From the NCBI GenBank assembly GCA_964604705.1, contig CAZSAP010000014.1:1-64000 (forward strand): a DNA stretch of 64,000 bases, given 5' to 3'. A model generated the notes under the pieces. It was not told where the DNA came from and ran no database searches. It was given only the letters and a program-made list of their open reading frames with translations. This document shows positions 1 to 8,928 of the stretch, piece by piece. The stretch comes from an uncultured bacterium (GTDB taxonomy: Bacteria > Oederibacteriota > JAAXVQ01). Each line of letters opens with the position of its first letter. Within the stretch, counting starts at the first letter, position 1. The translations under genes and the position numbers were made by a program.

Positions 1-1086
1 CCTGGTTTGCCCGCCTAATGTAGTAAAACCTCCGCCCACCACGATCTTGCCATCCGCCTGCATGGCGAGGGAATAGACACTGCTATTCGCTCCCGGATTA
101 AACGCCGTGTCCAGACTGCCGTCAGCATTGAGCCGGGCAATATAGTTCCTGGTTTGCCCGCCTAATGTGGTAAAACCTCCGCCTACCACGATCTTGCCAT
201 CCGCCTGCACGGCGAGGGAATAGACACTGCTATTCGCTCCCGGATTAAACGCCGTGTCCAAAGAGCCGTCACTATTAAGCCTGGCAATCCGATTCCTGTC
301 CTGCCCACCCACAGTCGTAAAATATCCTCCAGCTGTAATCTTGCCGTCCACTTGTACAGCTAGGGAAACAACATTGCCGTCCGCGCCGGGATTGAACGCC
401 ATGTCCAGGCTGCCATCCGCATTGAGCCTGGCAATCCGGTTCCTGCTCTGCCCGCCTATTGTGGTAAAGGTTCCACCTACCACGATCTTGCCATCCGCCT
501 GCACGGCGAGGGAATAGACTTGGCCATTCGCGTTTGGATTAAACGCCGTTTCCAGGCTGCCGTCGGCATTGAGACGGGCAATATAGCCACGGCTTTGCCC
601 GTCTAGGGCGGTAAACTCACCGCCCACCACGATCTTGCCATCGGCTTGTAATGCAATGGCCCTGACCGTATTATTCGCGCCTGGATTGAATGCTGTGTTC
701 AAGGAGCCGTCGGCATTGAGCCTGGCAATATAGTTCCTGGTTTGCCCGCCTAGGTTGGTGAAAAAACCTCCCACCACGATCTTGCCATCCGCCTGCACGG
801 CGAGGGAATAGACAGGGCCGCTCGCTCCGGGATTGAATGCAGTATCTGCGGTGCCGTCAGTATTGAGCCGGGCTATACGATTCCTAGCTTGCCCGCCTAT
901 GTTGGCAAAAGCTCCGCCTGCCAATATCTTGCCGTTCGCTTGCACGGCGAGGGAATAAACCGCGCCGTCAGCGTTGGGATCAAATCCGTCATTCGCGGAC
1001 GCGGCCAGGGATTGTTGCGCCGGCTGGGCAAGTAAAAGCAGCGCAAGCAGTGGAATATGAGAAAGCTTTAAAAGATTTGTTTTCAT
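1..1086 (-). CDS. Secreted tandem-repeat protein (delta-60/beta-propeller-like ~49-aa repeats), C-terminus runs off the window
   Basis: Minus-strand ORF with ATG at 1084-1086 and a signal-peptide-like N-terminus (MKTNLLKLSHIPLLALLLLAQPAQQSLAAS). At least 7 tandem copies of FNPGAxxxVYSLAVQADGKIVVGGxFTxLGGQxRNxIARLNADGSLDTA, encoded by ~147-bp DNA repeats (e.g. 1-147 vs 148-294 near identical). The provided + strand ORF 254..517 is its antisense shadow. Confidence 0.6.
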   Translation of the reverse strand, partial: MKTNLLKLSHIPLLALLLLAQPAQQSLAASANDGFDPNADGAVYSLAVQANGKILAGGAFANIGGQARNRIARLNTDGTADTAFNPGASGPVYSLAVQADGKIVVGGFFTNLGGQTRNYIARLNADGSLNTAFNPGANNTVRAIALQADGKIVVGGEFTALDGQSRGYIARLNADGSLETAFNPNANGQVYSLAVQADGKIVVGGTFTTIGGQSRNRIARLNADGSLDMAFNPGADGNVVSLAVQVDGKITAGGYFTTVGGQDRNRIARLNSDGSLDTAFNPGANSSVYSLAVQADGKIVVGGGFTTLGGQTRNYIARLNADGSLDTAFNPGANSSVYSLAMQADGKIVVGGGFTTLGGQTR

Positions 1087-1202
1087 GTCGCCTCGCTGGA
1101 GGACGGAGTGGTTGGTTCAACAGTCCGGTCAGAAGTAATTTGACCTAGTATAGCGTGAAATTTCACAAAGAGAAATAAATTAGAATATTTTTCAAAAAGT
1201 TT

Positions 1203-1362
1203 ACGGCTACCAACGGTTTCGCTGCCTTTCCGCTTTGCCTGGCATGCGGCCGAGCCCACGAGCCGGTTTGCCCTTATTGGCGGCGCCGGTCACTGCGCCA
1301 ACATGGACAATGCCGAAGCCTTCAACGAAACGGTCCTGGCGTTCCTGAAAACCGCAAAATAA
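1203..1362 (+). pseudogene. C-terminal fragment of an alpha/beta-hydrolase gene (remnant)
   Basis: Frame open only from 1159, no upstream start. It ends ...LIGGAGHCANMDNAEAFNETVLAFLKTAK*, a typical alpha/beta-hydrolase C-terminus with the catalytic-His region. An AT-rich noncoding tract lies upstream. Confidence 0.35.
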
Positions 1363-1365
1363 AAA

Positions 1366-1400
1366 AGCCCCGGCAGGATCACTCCCACCGGGGCTTGCTG
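1366..1400 (-). terminator. Intrinsic terminator for the SPFH gene
   Basis: Minus-strand reading: hairpin GCCCCGGUGGG...CCGGGGC followed by UUUUUUAUUUU. Lies just 3' of the CDS ending at 1411. Confidence 0.5.
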
Positions 1401-1410
1401 TAGGACGTCT

Positions 1411-2238
1411 TTACCGTCCGTCTTTTTTCACTTCAATAAAAGGCATGACCTCACTCCCAACATATATGGGCATCTTGCCGTCCCATTTATCAATTGCCTT
1501 GATCTGTGCCTCCACCTTGCGCAACTCAATCAAGGTCGGGGTTACGGCCTCGCGCTGCAAGCGCAAGCCTTCGGCCTCGCCGCGGGCGCGGGCCACTTGC
1601 TGTTCGGCCTCACGCTTGACGCGCTCGACGTCTTTCTCGGCCTTCTTGGCGTTCTGTTCGGCAATCTGTTTTTCTTCCACAGACTTGATGAACGCATCGC
1701 TAAAATCGAAATCCGTGATCGAGAGATCGGTCACGATGATCTGCTTCTCCGCCAGGCGCTTCTTAACCGTATCGGAAAGCTCGGCCGCCACTTCGATACG
1801 GCTGGAGATAATGCTCTCCGCCGAGTACTTCGCCAGGATCGACTTAAGCACTTCCTGCGATATGGGCTCGATCACGCTCTGTACATACCCCACACCTAAG
1901 TTACGGAAGATGCTGGTGATGGTTCCTTGCTCCACCCTGTGGTTCACCACAATCTGCACCTTGATGGTTTGCAGGTCACGGCTGAACGCTTCGGTTTCAA
2001 TATCCGCACGCTGGATCTTGATGGTGAACTTCTCAACCGAGTCAATCAGCGGAAGTTTAAAGTAAAACCCTTCCGGATACGACCCCTGAAGCGAGCCCAG
2101 GCGCACAAGCACCGCGACCTCACCCGGCTTGACTGTGAAAAACGAACTCAGCAAAACAATGAACGCCACCACACCAATAATAATGTAGCGGGCAATTTTG
2201 GGAATGCTTGCGTAAACCGGAATATCCACGGGCGACAT
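1411..2238 (-). CDS. SPFH/band-7 (prohibitin/HflC-like) membrane protein
   Basis: N-terminal TM helix, SPFH core (KPGEVAVLVRLG...NHRVEQGTITSIFRNLG), C-terminal charged coiled coil. AAGGAGG Shine-Dalgarno 5 nt upstream of the ATG at 2236-2238, so the upstream in-frame Met at 2280 is less likely. Confidence 0.8.
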   Translation of the reverse strand: MSPVDIPVYASIPKIARYIIIGVVAFIVLLSSFFTVKPGEVAVLVRLGSLQGSYPEGFYFKLPLIDSVEKFTIKIQRADIETEAFSRDLQTIKVQIVVNHRVEQGTITSIFRNLGVGYVQSVIEPISQEVLKSILAKYSAESIISSRIEVAAELSDTVKKRLAEKQIIVTDLSITDFDFSDAFIKSVEEKQIAEQNAKKAEKDVERVKREAEQQVARARGEAEGLRLQREAVTPTLIELRKVEAQIKAIDKWDGKMPIYVGSEVMPFIEVKKDGR

Positions 2239-2478
2239 AACGACCTCCTTGAAATGTGTATTAAAAACACGAACCGACAAACCAGACTATCCCCCACGAA
2301 GCCACCACCCGGCTTCGGTTGTTTTTTTTAAACGATCAAGTCAATTCAATCACGTCCCAAACCCCAAACATCCGTTCAGGGCTGAGGCGATGATATGTCA
2401 TTTGCGGGTTATGAACAAGGCTTTTCGCCTCAAAACGTGCGTATGTTCACGAACCCTTGCACGCAAGCTATGGACCGT

Positions 2479-3045
2479 TCACTTAATCACCGCTACTTTG
2501 TAGTATGTGTCAAACCCGTCGGTCTTTAAGTGTACAATATAAATCCCGCTGCCCACGGCCTCACCTTTGGAGTTGCGCCCGTCCCAGCGGACTTCTTGAA
2601 ACGCCTGAGCACCGTACGTTTGGTGATCCACCAAGGTCACGATCTTGTCCCCCACCATATTGTAAACGGTGATCGTCACGGCCGCTGTCTGCGGCTGCGT
2701 CCAGCGCACAATGGCCTGCTCACCGCGATTGGGGTTGATTTGGTTATGGAAAATTTTTAAGTAAGTGTTGGGTACCACCATGGTCGCAGTCGGTACTGCC
2801 GTGGGGGTAGTCCCGGCTTGCAGTGACTCAGAAAAAAATCCAGACTGGATCGAGTACATTGCAGTACTGCTTTGTTCCACCAGCGTTTCCCCTAAAGAAT
2901 CATGCAAGATCTTGCCCGACGCCGTACGCGTAGAGCCCGCACTGTTGACCACGGATCGGCTAATCTGATACACCGAATTTGCCGCCCAAGATACCGAAGC
3001 CAAACACCAGAACCCTATGACCATCAGCCAAAGTTTTGTAGGCAT
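2479..3045 (-). CDS. Small secreted protein with FlgD-Ig/T9SS-type C-terminal sorting domain
   Basis: Signal peptide (MPTKLWLMVIGFWCLASVSWAA). C-terminus NPNRGEQAIVRW...VYNMVGDKIVTLVD...WDGRNSKGEAVGSGIYIVHLKTDGF...KVAVIK matches the FlgD-Ig/Por_Secre_tail pattern. Confidence 0.6.
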   Translation of the reverse strand: MPTKLWLMVIGFWCLASVSWAANSVYQISRSVVNSAGSTRTASGKILHDSLGETLVEQSSTAMYSIQSGFFSESLQAGTTPTAVPTATMVVPNTYLKIFHNQINPNRGEQAIVRWTQPQTAAVTITVYNMVGDKIVTLVDHQTYGAQAFQEVRWDGRNSKGEAVGSGIYIVHLKTDGFDTYYKVAVIK

Positions 3046-3087
3046 GTATGTTCCTTTCTATAGTTAGATAAGCTCACGCGCGCAAGG

Positions 3088-3906
3088 TCACTTTATCTTC
3101 ATGATCCAAACCACGGACATGTTCACCGGCCTGGTTTCGGGACCACCGAAGTTGGAAGTTGGTTGACCAACCGTAGCATTACCTATCACACTAGTATAGC
3201 TTCCTGAATCTACATTAAACGGATTCGTCGGTGCTGTATATGTGTGTTTATGACTTTTCAGTTCATCCAACTGCCCCACTCCTGACATTTTCCCACCACG
3301 TAAAAAAACCGGATTAATCATCGACGTTATCGTCGTCCCCCCTGAATCCACTGGAAGTGGATCACCTGTGGCATCACCATTCAAGTTGGGTACATGAGCG
3401 TCCTTGTAAGGACTCTCGCCATCGGTCACCAACTGACCGTTGCACTCCACCCACTGGTCTGACAACCCTGGTGTCTGCGGCATGTTTTTATGCCAGGCCA
3501 TAATGGACCCAACAGGCACATCGTAGTTCAAGGTCATGGGCACACCCGTGAGCGCTTGGCGCGGCGACATCTCCGAATCACTGTTTACCTGGATGCCCAG
3601 CCAATACTGGTTGTTAAAGTCCAGATGACTCGCGGAAAACTTATCGATCCCACCCAGCACCACATTGAAATACCCGTTCTTGGTCGCAACCATGGTATGG
3701 GTCTCTCTCCACTTATAGCTGTCCAAGAGAGCATTCGCGTCATCGTAGAGCCGGAAGGTCATTACATAGGTGCCATCGGCAACCGGTGCGTTGGTGCTGT
3801 CGGTCAAGCGCCCTTGGTAGTTGATGGTCCGCGAAGCACTGGCGGCAAACACCTGCACTGCGGTAGCCAACACAAACAGCAAGATCAAACCTAAACGTTT
3901 TTTCAT
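3088..3906 (-). CDS. Secreted phage-tail-collar-domain protein (MdpB-like), paralog 1
   Basis: Signal peptide from MKKRLGLILLF. N-terminal TINYQGRLTDSTNAPVADGTYVMTFRLY module. Tail-collar signature PVGSIMAWHKNMP...WVECNGQ...FLRGG...GVGQLDELKSHKH. Confidence 0.65.
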   Translation of the reverse strand: MKKRLGLILLFVLATAVQVFAASASRTINYQGRLTDSTNAPVADGTYVMTFRLYDDANALLDSYKWRETHTMVATKNGYFNVVLGGIDKFSASHLDFNNQYWLGIQVNSDSEMSPRQALTGVPMTLNYDVPVGSIMAWHKNMPQTPGLSDQWVECNGQLVTDGESPYKDAHVPNLNGDATGDPLPVDSGGTTITSMINPVFLRGGKMSGVGQLDELKSHKHTYTAPTNPFNVDSGSYTSVIGNATVGQPTSNFGGPETRPVNMSVVWIMKIK

Positions 3907-3914
3907 AGCTCCCC

Positions 3915-4721
3915 CTATTTTATTTTCATGATCCAAACCACGGACATGTTCACCGGGCGGGTTTCGGAACCGCCTATAGCTGTCGTTGTTAAAGTGGTCA
4001 CAACAGCAGGTATATTATAATTCGCTCCATCATTAAACAAATGGTAAGCGCCAATTCCCATATAATTGTGATTATGACTTTTCAGTTCATCCACTTGCCC
4101 CACTCCCGAAGTAGTTCCTCCGCGCAGAAACATTTGCGCAGTATAGGTGTTCCCGGGAGAGCTTACAGTGCCAGAAGCACCGTTCAAGTTTGGAATAACT
4201 TGTTGATGAAAAACACTTTCCGGATCATTCAAGGTCTGGCCGTTGCACTCCACCCACTGCGAGGATATCGGCGGCAGATTGACATTGTTGTAGGTTGACA
4301 TATTTTTATGCCAAGCCGTAATGGTCCCTATGGGCATGTCGTAGTTCAGGGTCATGGGCACACCGCTAAGCGACTGGCGTGGAGACATCTCAGTATCCCC
4401 ACTGACTTGTATTCCCAGCCAATATTGTTTGCTAAAATCCAACTGGCTGGCGTTAAACGAATTGGTCCCACCCAGCACCACATTGAAGTACCCGTTCTTG
4501 GTCGCGACGCTCTGCGGCTCGCTCCACTTGGCATTGGCCAAGGGACCACTGCTTTCTTCGTAAAGCCGGAAGGTCATCACGTAGGTGTTGTCTGCGACCG
4601 GCGCGTTAGTGCTGTCGGTCAACCGCCCTTGATAGTTGATGGTTCGGGAAGCACTGGTGGCAAAAACCTGAAGCGTAGACACGAACAAACATAAAACCAG
4701 CCAACCTAACATTTTCTGCAT
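3915..4721 (-). CDS. Secreted phage-tail-collar-domain protein, paralog 2
   Basis: Same architecture as 3088-3906 (signal peptide, INYQGRLTD module, PIGTITAWHKNM...WVECNGQ...FLRGG...GVGQVDELKSHNH). Tandem duplicate with 8-bp spacing. Confidence 0.65.
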   Translation of the reverse strand: MQKMLGWLVLCLFVSTLQVFATSASRTINYQGRLTDSTNAPVADNTYVMTFRLYEESSGPLANAKWSEPQSVATKNGYFNVVLGGTNSFNASQLDFSKQYWLGIQVSGDTEMSPRQSLSGVPMTLNYDMPIGTITAWHKNMSTYNNVNLPPISSQWVECNGQTLNDPESVFHQQVIPNLNGASGTVSSPGNTYTAQMFLRGGTTSGVGQVDELKSHNHNYMGIGAYHLFNDGANYNIPAVVTTLTTTAIGGSETRPVNMSVVWIMKIK

Positions 4722-4794
4722 GGAATCCCCCCGGATTATTTTTAAAGTTCATGTGCTAGGCCGTGATGTACAACTCGCCCCCAACCTCCCGCCT

Positions 4795-4811
4795 CTGTTC
4801 TAGGATGAGGC
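4795..4811. repeat. Dispersed 17-bp motif CTGTTCTAGGMTRAGGC (copies also at 7700-7714, 7780-7796, 28407-28423)
   Basis: Four intergenic copies. Those at 4795 and 28407 are both followed by GGCAC(C)T(A/G)(C/T)ACGC. The copy at 7780 is immediately 5' of the MITE-like left arm. Confidence 0.45.
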
Positions 4812-5013
4812 ACTGTACGCTTGGGAAAGATGAAACATGGAATGGATTTTAGGATTACGTGTGTGGTCGGGAAAAATAATAAGTCATTTGGTGATTGGGA
4901 ACAAGTGTTTTCGCGTTCGTGGAGGCGCATGGCCAACCGCTCTACAGCAACCAAGGAGAGCGCTCACTTTTGCATTTGCTTGGTGAACGCTCTCCAACGC
5001 TGCATCTTCGCGC

Positions 5014-7587
5014 TTAACGTGCTATGGCCAGTTTTACTTTCCGTGTGCTTTGGCCGGGTATGTTCACCTGAGCCAGATAGACACCCGGTGCGACCGACTT
5101 GCAGTCCCAGATCACCACTTGATTTTTCCCCGCACCGAGGCGCGCGGAGACCACGCTCACTGGCTCCCCAGTCAGGTTGTACAACGCAATCTTAACCTCG
5201 GCGGCTTGATCCAGGGTCATGACAAAAGTGACCTTATCCTTGGCAGGATTGGGGTACGCTTGGAAGGCTATGGCCGGTCCCCCGACCTGAGGGGTAGCTG
5301 TCCGGGTCACAGTAGGTGTGGGTGTCGGGGTGAACGTAGGTGTCGCCGTAGGTGTCATGGTCACGGTGGGTGTGGGACCGCTGACCACCACGTTGTTGGC
5401 AAACGTAGACGTGTTGTTGTTCGTATCTGTACTCAGGGCCGTAATCACATCACCGTCCACCGGGCCCGAAGGAACGACGCTCCAGGCCCCACTGCCGTTG
5501 GCCACCGTCGCACCTACGAAACGCAAGCTTCCGCCCGGAAGCCCCACGGCTCGATCGGCAAGGAAAACTTCGATTTTGTCATTGGCGGCACTGGTCCCCG
5601 AAAACTGACAGGCATTGCCCGAGGTAATGCTCGGAGCGGCCTTGTTAAGGTTGCCGTTGGAGCTCAACAGGATGCCCGCCGAGGTAAACCCACACACGGT
5701 GTTGCCAAACAGTCCATTCGAATACGCATTCGCGCCGCTCACCTGAATCCCGTTGGTCCCGCCGACAATCAAGTTCCCCTGGTGGGTGTCGGGCAGACCG
5801 ATCAAGTTCTGGGTTCCTCCGTTGAATATAATGCTGTTGGTAAACTTGGTGACCGGTACAGTCCCGTCGGCCAAGACATTGAACCAGTTGCCCACGACCG
5901 TGTTGCCAGCGGCTGACTGCACGTTGATGCCGGTGTTCGTGCCGCAAAAAATATTGCGCTCGCCGGGTGCCGTACCTCCGATCTTGGTACCGTAACCGTA
6001 GAGCAACAGGGCGTCTTGCGTGTTGGCCAACACCGCGGTCCCACTCGCGTTGGTCCCAAAGAAGTTGCCCAGGACTTGGCAGCCGCCGTTGTCAAGAATC
6101 AGCCCATCTGTGGAATTTCCAGCGATGACATTACCCAAAGTAGCATCGCTCCCGCCAATCAACACGCCTGTGCCTGTAATGCGGATACCGATGCTGTTGG
6201 GCAGTGCCGCAGTTCCACTCGGACTCACGCCAATCCAGTTCCCCTGAATGCGGCTGCCCGGTGCGGAGTTAATGTAAATGCCCATGCGCCCGGGAATACT
6301 TTGGCCTGCGATGATGTTGCCGTACTGGTGCGTCCCGTCGGTGTTGGCTCCGCCAATCAAAGCCGTGCCGCCGTAAAGACCCACACCGCAATACGAATTC
6401 CCTAAAAACGCGGCACCGCTGTTGTCCGTGCCAAGGTAGTTGCCGGAAACACTGTTTCCCGCGCCGCCATGAAGTTCAACCCCGTTGCCGCCTCCGCCAT
6501 TGTACCCGTTTCCAGCTATGATGTTACCCTCAGGTGCCGCCGCGGCCCGGTTGCCGCCAATCAAGCTGTCACTCATGTTGTAACTTACAAGACCCACTTG
6601 GTTGGCCAGCACAACACTGGAGCTGTTTACACCAATACGGTTCGCCTGGATTTTATTGCCCGGCGAATCGTCCACATAAATTCCATGCGAATTATTCCCG
6701 GCAATGACATTGCCCAACCCGGCGCCCGGTTCGCCTATGACATTATTTCGGCTCATCGAAAACCGAATCCCCGTTGCGTTCGCCACGCGGGTACTTTGGT
6801 TGGCAGAAAGACCTATCACGTTTCCGTTGATCGTATTCCCGCCCCCGTATTGCACCATGATGCCAGTCCCGGGATTGTGTCCGGAAATAACATTGCCTCC
6901 GCCGCCCATGGTGCCGCCCACCAACGTGGCGTACGAGTTGTACATAAAAACGCCAGTGGAGTTAGGCAGAGCCGTGATCCCGTTGCTGGCCAAACCAATA
7001 TAGTTGCCCTGAATGCGAGTGCCAAACGCTCCGTTGACATAAATGCCCTGGTACGAGTTCCCGGCAATAATGTTGCGCTGGCTGGGGCCGCCACCAATAA
7101 TCGTGTTGCGCCCGTAGGTCATGATGCCGTACTGGTTGCCCCGCCCGGCGGTGTTGGCCCAGTCTGTGCCTATGCAGCAATGCCGAATCTCGTTGTTGTT
7201 GGAGTTTGATGCTATGTACACCCCGCTGGACCCGTCCACAATCGCCAAGTCCGACAAGACGCTGCCGCTGCTTCCCGTGCTTAACACAAACACATCCCGC
7301 GTCCGATCGTACGCACCCACGGTGGCCCCCCGTCCTTCCACCGTGATGTTGCTGCCAAAGTACAGTGCGGTAAACACGGTGATGGAGTTCGCCGAGGTGA
7401 TCACAATGGTGTCCGCGTCGGCATTGGCATTGGCCTGCGCCACTGCCCACGGCATGGATCCGGTTAAGGCCGGATCACACGACCCGTTGGTCACGGTCAG
7501 CGTGGCCGCCTGGCTTACCCCCAACGTGCCCAACCCACACACCAAGACAACCAAGCCCATATGAAAGCCCTTACGAAAAGCATTCAT
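5014..7587 (-). CDS. Large secreted right-handed parallel beta-helix repeat protein with Pro/Thr linker and T9SS-type CTD
   Basis: Signal peptide. Dozens of GNxIxGN / NxxIGxxxxG beta-helix rungs. PT-rich linker TPTVTMTPTATPTFTPTPTPTVTRTATP. CTD AYPNPAKDKVTF...IALYNLTGEPV...WDCKSVAPGVYLAQVNIPGQSTRKVKLAIAR. Confidence 0.75.
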   Translation of the reverse strand: MNAFRKGFHMGLVVLVCGLGTLGVSQAATLTVTNGSCDPALTGSMPWAVAQANANADADTIVITSANSITVFTALYFGSNITVEGRGATVGAYDRTRDVFVLSTGSSGSVLSDLAIVDGSSGVYIASNSNNNEIRHCCIGTDWANTAGRGNQYGIMTYGRNTIIGGGPSQRNIIAGNSYQGIYVNGAFGTRIQGNYIGLASNGITALPNSTGVFMYNSYATLVGGTMGGGGNVISGHNPGTGIMVQYGGGNTINGNVIGLSANQSTRVANATGIRFSMSRNNVIGEPGAGLGNVIAGNNSHGIYVDDSPGNKIQANRIGVNSSSVVLANQVGLVSYNMSDSLIGGNRAAAAPEGNIIAGNGYNGGGGNGVELHGGAGNSVSGNYLGTDNSGAAFLGNSYCGVGLYGGTALIGGANTDGTHQYGNIIAGQSIPGRMGIYINSAPGSRIQGNWIGVSPSGTAALPNSIGIRITGTGVLIGGSDATLGNVIAGNSTDGLILDNGGCQVLGNFFGTNASGTAVLANTQDALLLYGYGTKIGGTAPGERNIFCGTNTGINVQSAAGNTVVGNWFNVLADGTVPVTKFTNSIIFNGGTQNLIGLPDTHQGNLIVGGTNGIQVSGANAYSNGLFGNTVCGFTSAGILLSSNGNLNKAAPSITSGNACQFSGTSAANDKIEVFLADRAVGLPGGSLRFVGATVANGSGAWSVVPSGPVDGDVITALSTDTNNNTSTFANNVVVSGPTPTVTMTPTATPTFTPTPTPTVTRTATPQVGGPAIAFQAYPNPAKDKVTFVMTLDQAAEVKIALYNLTGEPVSVVSARLGAGKNQVVIWDCKSVAPGVYLAQVNIPGQSTRKVKLAIAR

Positions 7588-7786
7588 GAAAAACCTCCGA
7601 GAATAAAATCCAAACCCAGAAAGTATACCACACGAGTCATAAAATAATCCGTTCCCAAACTGAAGTTTCCGCCCTACAGATATAGCACCTCCGCCTTAAG
7701 TTCTAGGCTGAGGCTATGCAGCAGGTTCAACGTTCACAGAAGACGCGCGCCAAGGGAAAGCTTTTTTTAAAAGTTGCGTCTGTTCT

Positions 7787-8001
7787 AGGCTGAGGCGACG
7801 AGATAAAGCTTTTTTGAAATCTGTGTCTCCTATGCTCGCGAACCACGTTTGCAAACGGAACACCCATAACGTCTCCCCCTGCGGTTAAACATTCGGACGC
7901 GTTTGAAACGGCCGGGGAGCATGTGATGCCGTGTACGGCCAAAGAGGCGGTGCGCAGGCTATTGAGACGCAGCTTTCAAAAAAGCTTTATCTCGTCGCCT
8001 C
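7787..8001. repeat. MITE-like element: 39-bp near-perfect inverted repeats flanking a 137-bp core
   Basis: 7787-7825 (TGAGGCGACGAGATAAAGCTTTTTTGAAATCTGTGTCTC) and its reverse complement at 7963-8001 (2 mismatches). Sits in the 520-bp divergent intergenic region between 7587 and 8112, immediately after a copy of the CTGTTCTAGGCTGAGGC motif. Confidence 0.5.
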
Positions 8002-8052
8002 ATTTCATACTTAAAAGGACCACAATCTTAAATCTAAAGATTTCACTTGATT

Positions 8053-8076
8053 GTTCGCTTTTCGTTCGCCTATAAT
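8053..8076 (+). promoter_or_regulatory. Candidate SOS (LexA-type) box overlapping the promoter of the DUF72-imuB-dnaE2 operon
   Basis: Direct repeat GTTC-GCTTTTC-GTTC (GTTC-N7-GTTC) at 8053-8067, followed 3 bp later by a perfect TATAAT at 8071-8076. Sits 36 bp upstream of the DUF72 start. The GTTC-N7-GTTC architecture is the alphaproteobacterial LexA box type. Its use in this lineage is unproven. Confidence 0.35.
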
Positions 8077-8111
8077 AAACCATACTCAAATTACCTTTAA
8101 GGACTTATCCC

Positions 8112-8927
8112 ATGAAACCAGTTACCCAGCCCTGGCGCGTTGGCACCAGCGGCTATTCGTACACCGAGTGGATTGCCGCCGGGTTCTACCCGTCCGGCAC
8201 CCCCACGGGCAAGATGCTCCCGGTCTATGCCCGCACCTTTTCCACCACCGAGCTCAACCACACGTGGTACCAAATGCCCAAGTCGGACATGATCGAGCGG
8301 CAGCGCCAGCAGGCGCCGGCGGGCTTTCGCTTTGCGGCCAAGCTCACCCGCACCCTCACCCACGAGGTGGACCCCGCGCTCTGGCGCAGCCAAGCCGCGG
8401 CCTACCGCCAGGGCATTGCGCCCCTGCTCCAGGCCCAGCAACTCGCGGCCGTGCTGATCCAGCTGCCGCCCTCCTTTGACCGCTCGGCCGCGCACCGCCA
8501 GTACCTCGGCGCCTTGCTCACCGAGCTCCAGGGCCTGCCTCTGGCCGTGGAGTTCCGCAACGTGGAGTGGCTCACGGACAAAGTGTTTGCCGACCTGACC
8601 AAGCGGAAGGTCACGCTCGTCAGCGTGGACGAACCGCAGCTCCCCGGCCTGCTCCCGCCCCTGGATGTGATCACCAACCCCGACCTGCTCTACTTCCGCT
8701 TTCACGGGCGCAATGCCAAGGGCTGGCGCTCCGGCAACATGCAGTCGCAGTTCGACTACGACTACTCCCGCGCCGAGCTGCAGGAATGGGGCGAGCGCAT
8801 GACCGTCATGGCCGGGAAGGCCACGAGCGGGATCATCTTCTTCAACAACCACGTCCGCGCCCAGGCACCCCGCAATGCCCAGACCATGCTCCAGGTGCTC
8901 ACCGAACACGGGATCGAGGCGAGCTGA
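8112..8927 (+). CDS. DUF72 family protein (YecE-like)
   Basis: N-terminal VGTSGYSYTEWIAAGFYP...YARTFSTTELNHTWY matches the DUF72 signature. The stop is 1 nt before the imuB-like start. Confidence 0.8.
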   Translation: MKPVTQPWRVGTSGYSYTEWIAAGFYPSGTPTGKMLPVYARTFSTTELNHTWYQMPKSDMIERQRQQAPAGFRFAAKLTRTLTHEVDPALWRSQAAAYRQGIAPLLQAQQLAAVLIQLPPSFDRSAAHRQYLGALLTELQGLPLAVEFRNVEWLTDKVFADLTKRKVTLVSVDEPQLPGLLPPLDVITNPDLLYFRFHGRNAKGWRSGNMQSQFDYDYSRAELQEWGERMTVMAGKATSGIIFFNNHVRAQAPRNAQTMLQVLTEHGIEAS

Positions 8928-8928
8928 C

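Noticed and set aside
254-517. + strand 87-aa ORF with internal repeats
   Set aside because: It is the antisense of the tandem-repeat secreted protein gene, which reads convincingly on the minus strand from the ATG at 1086 with a signal peptide.
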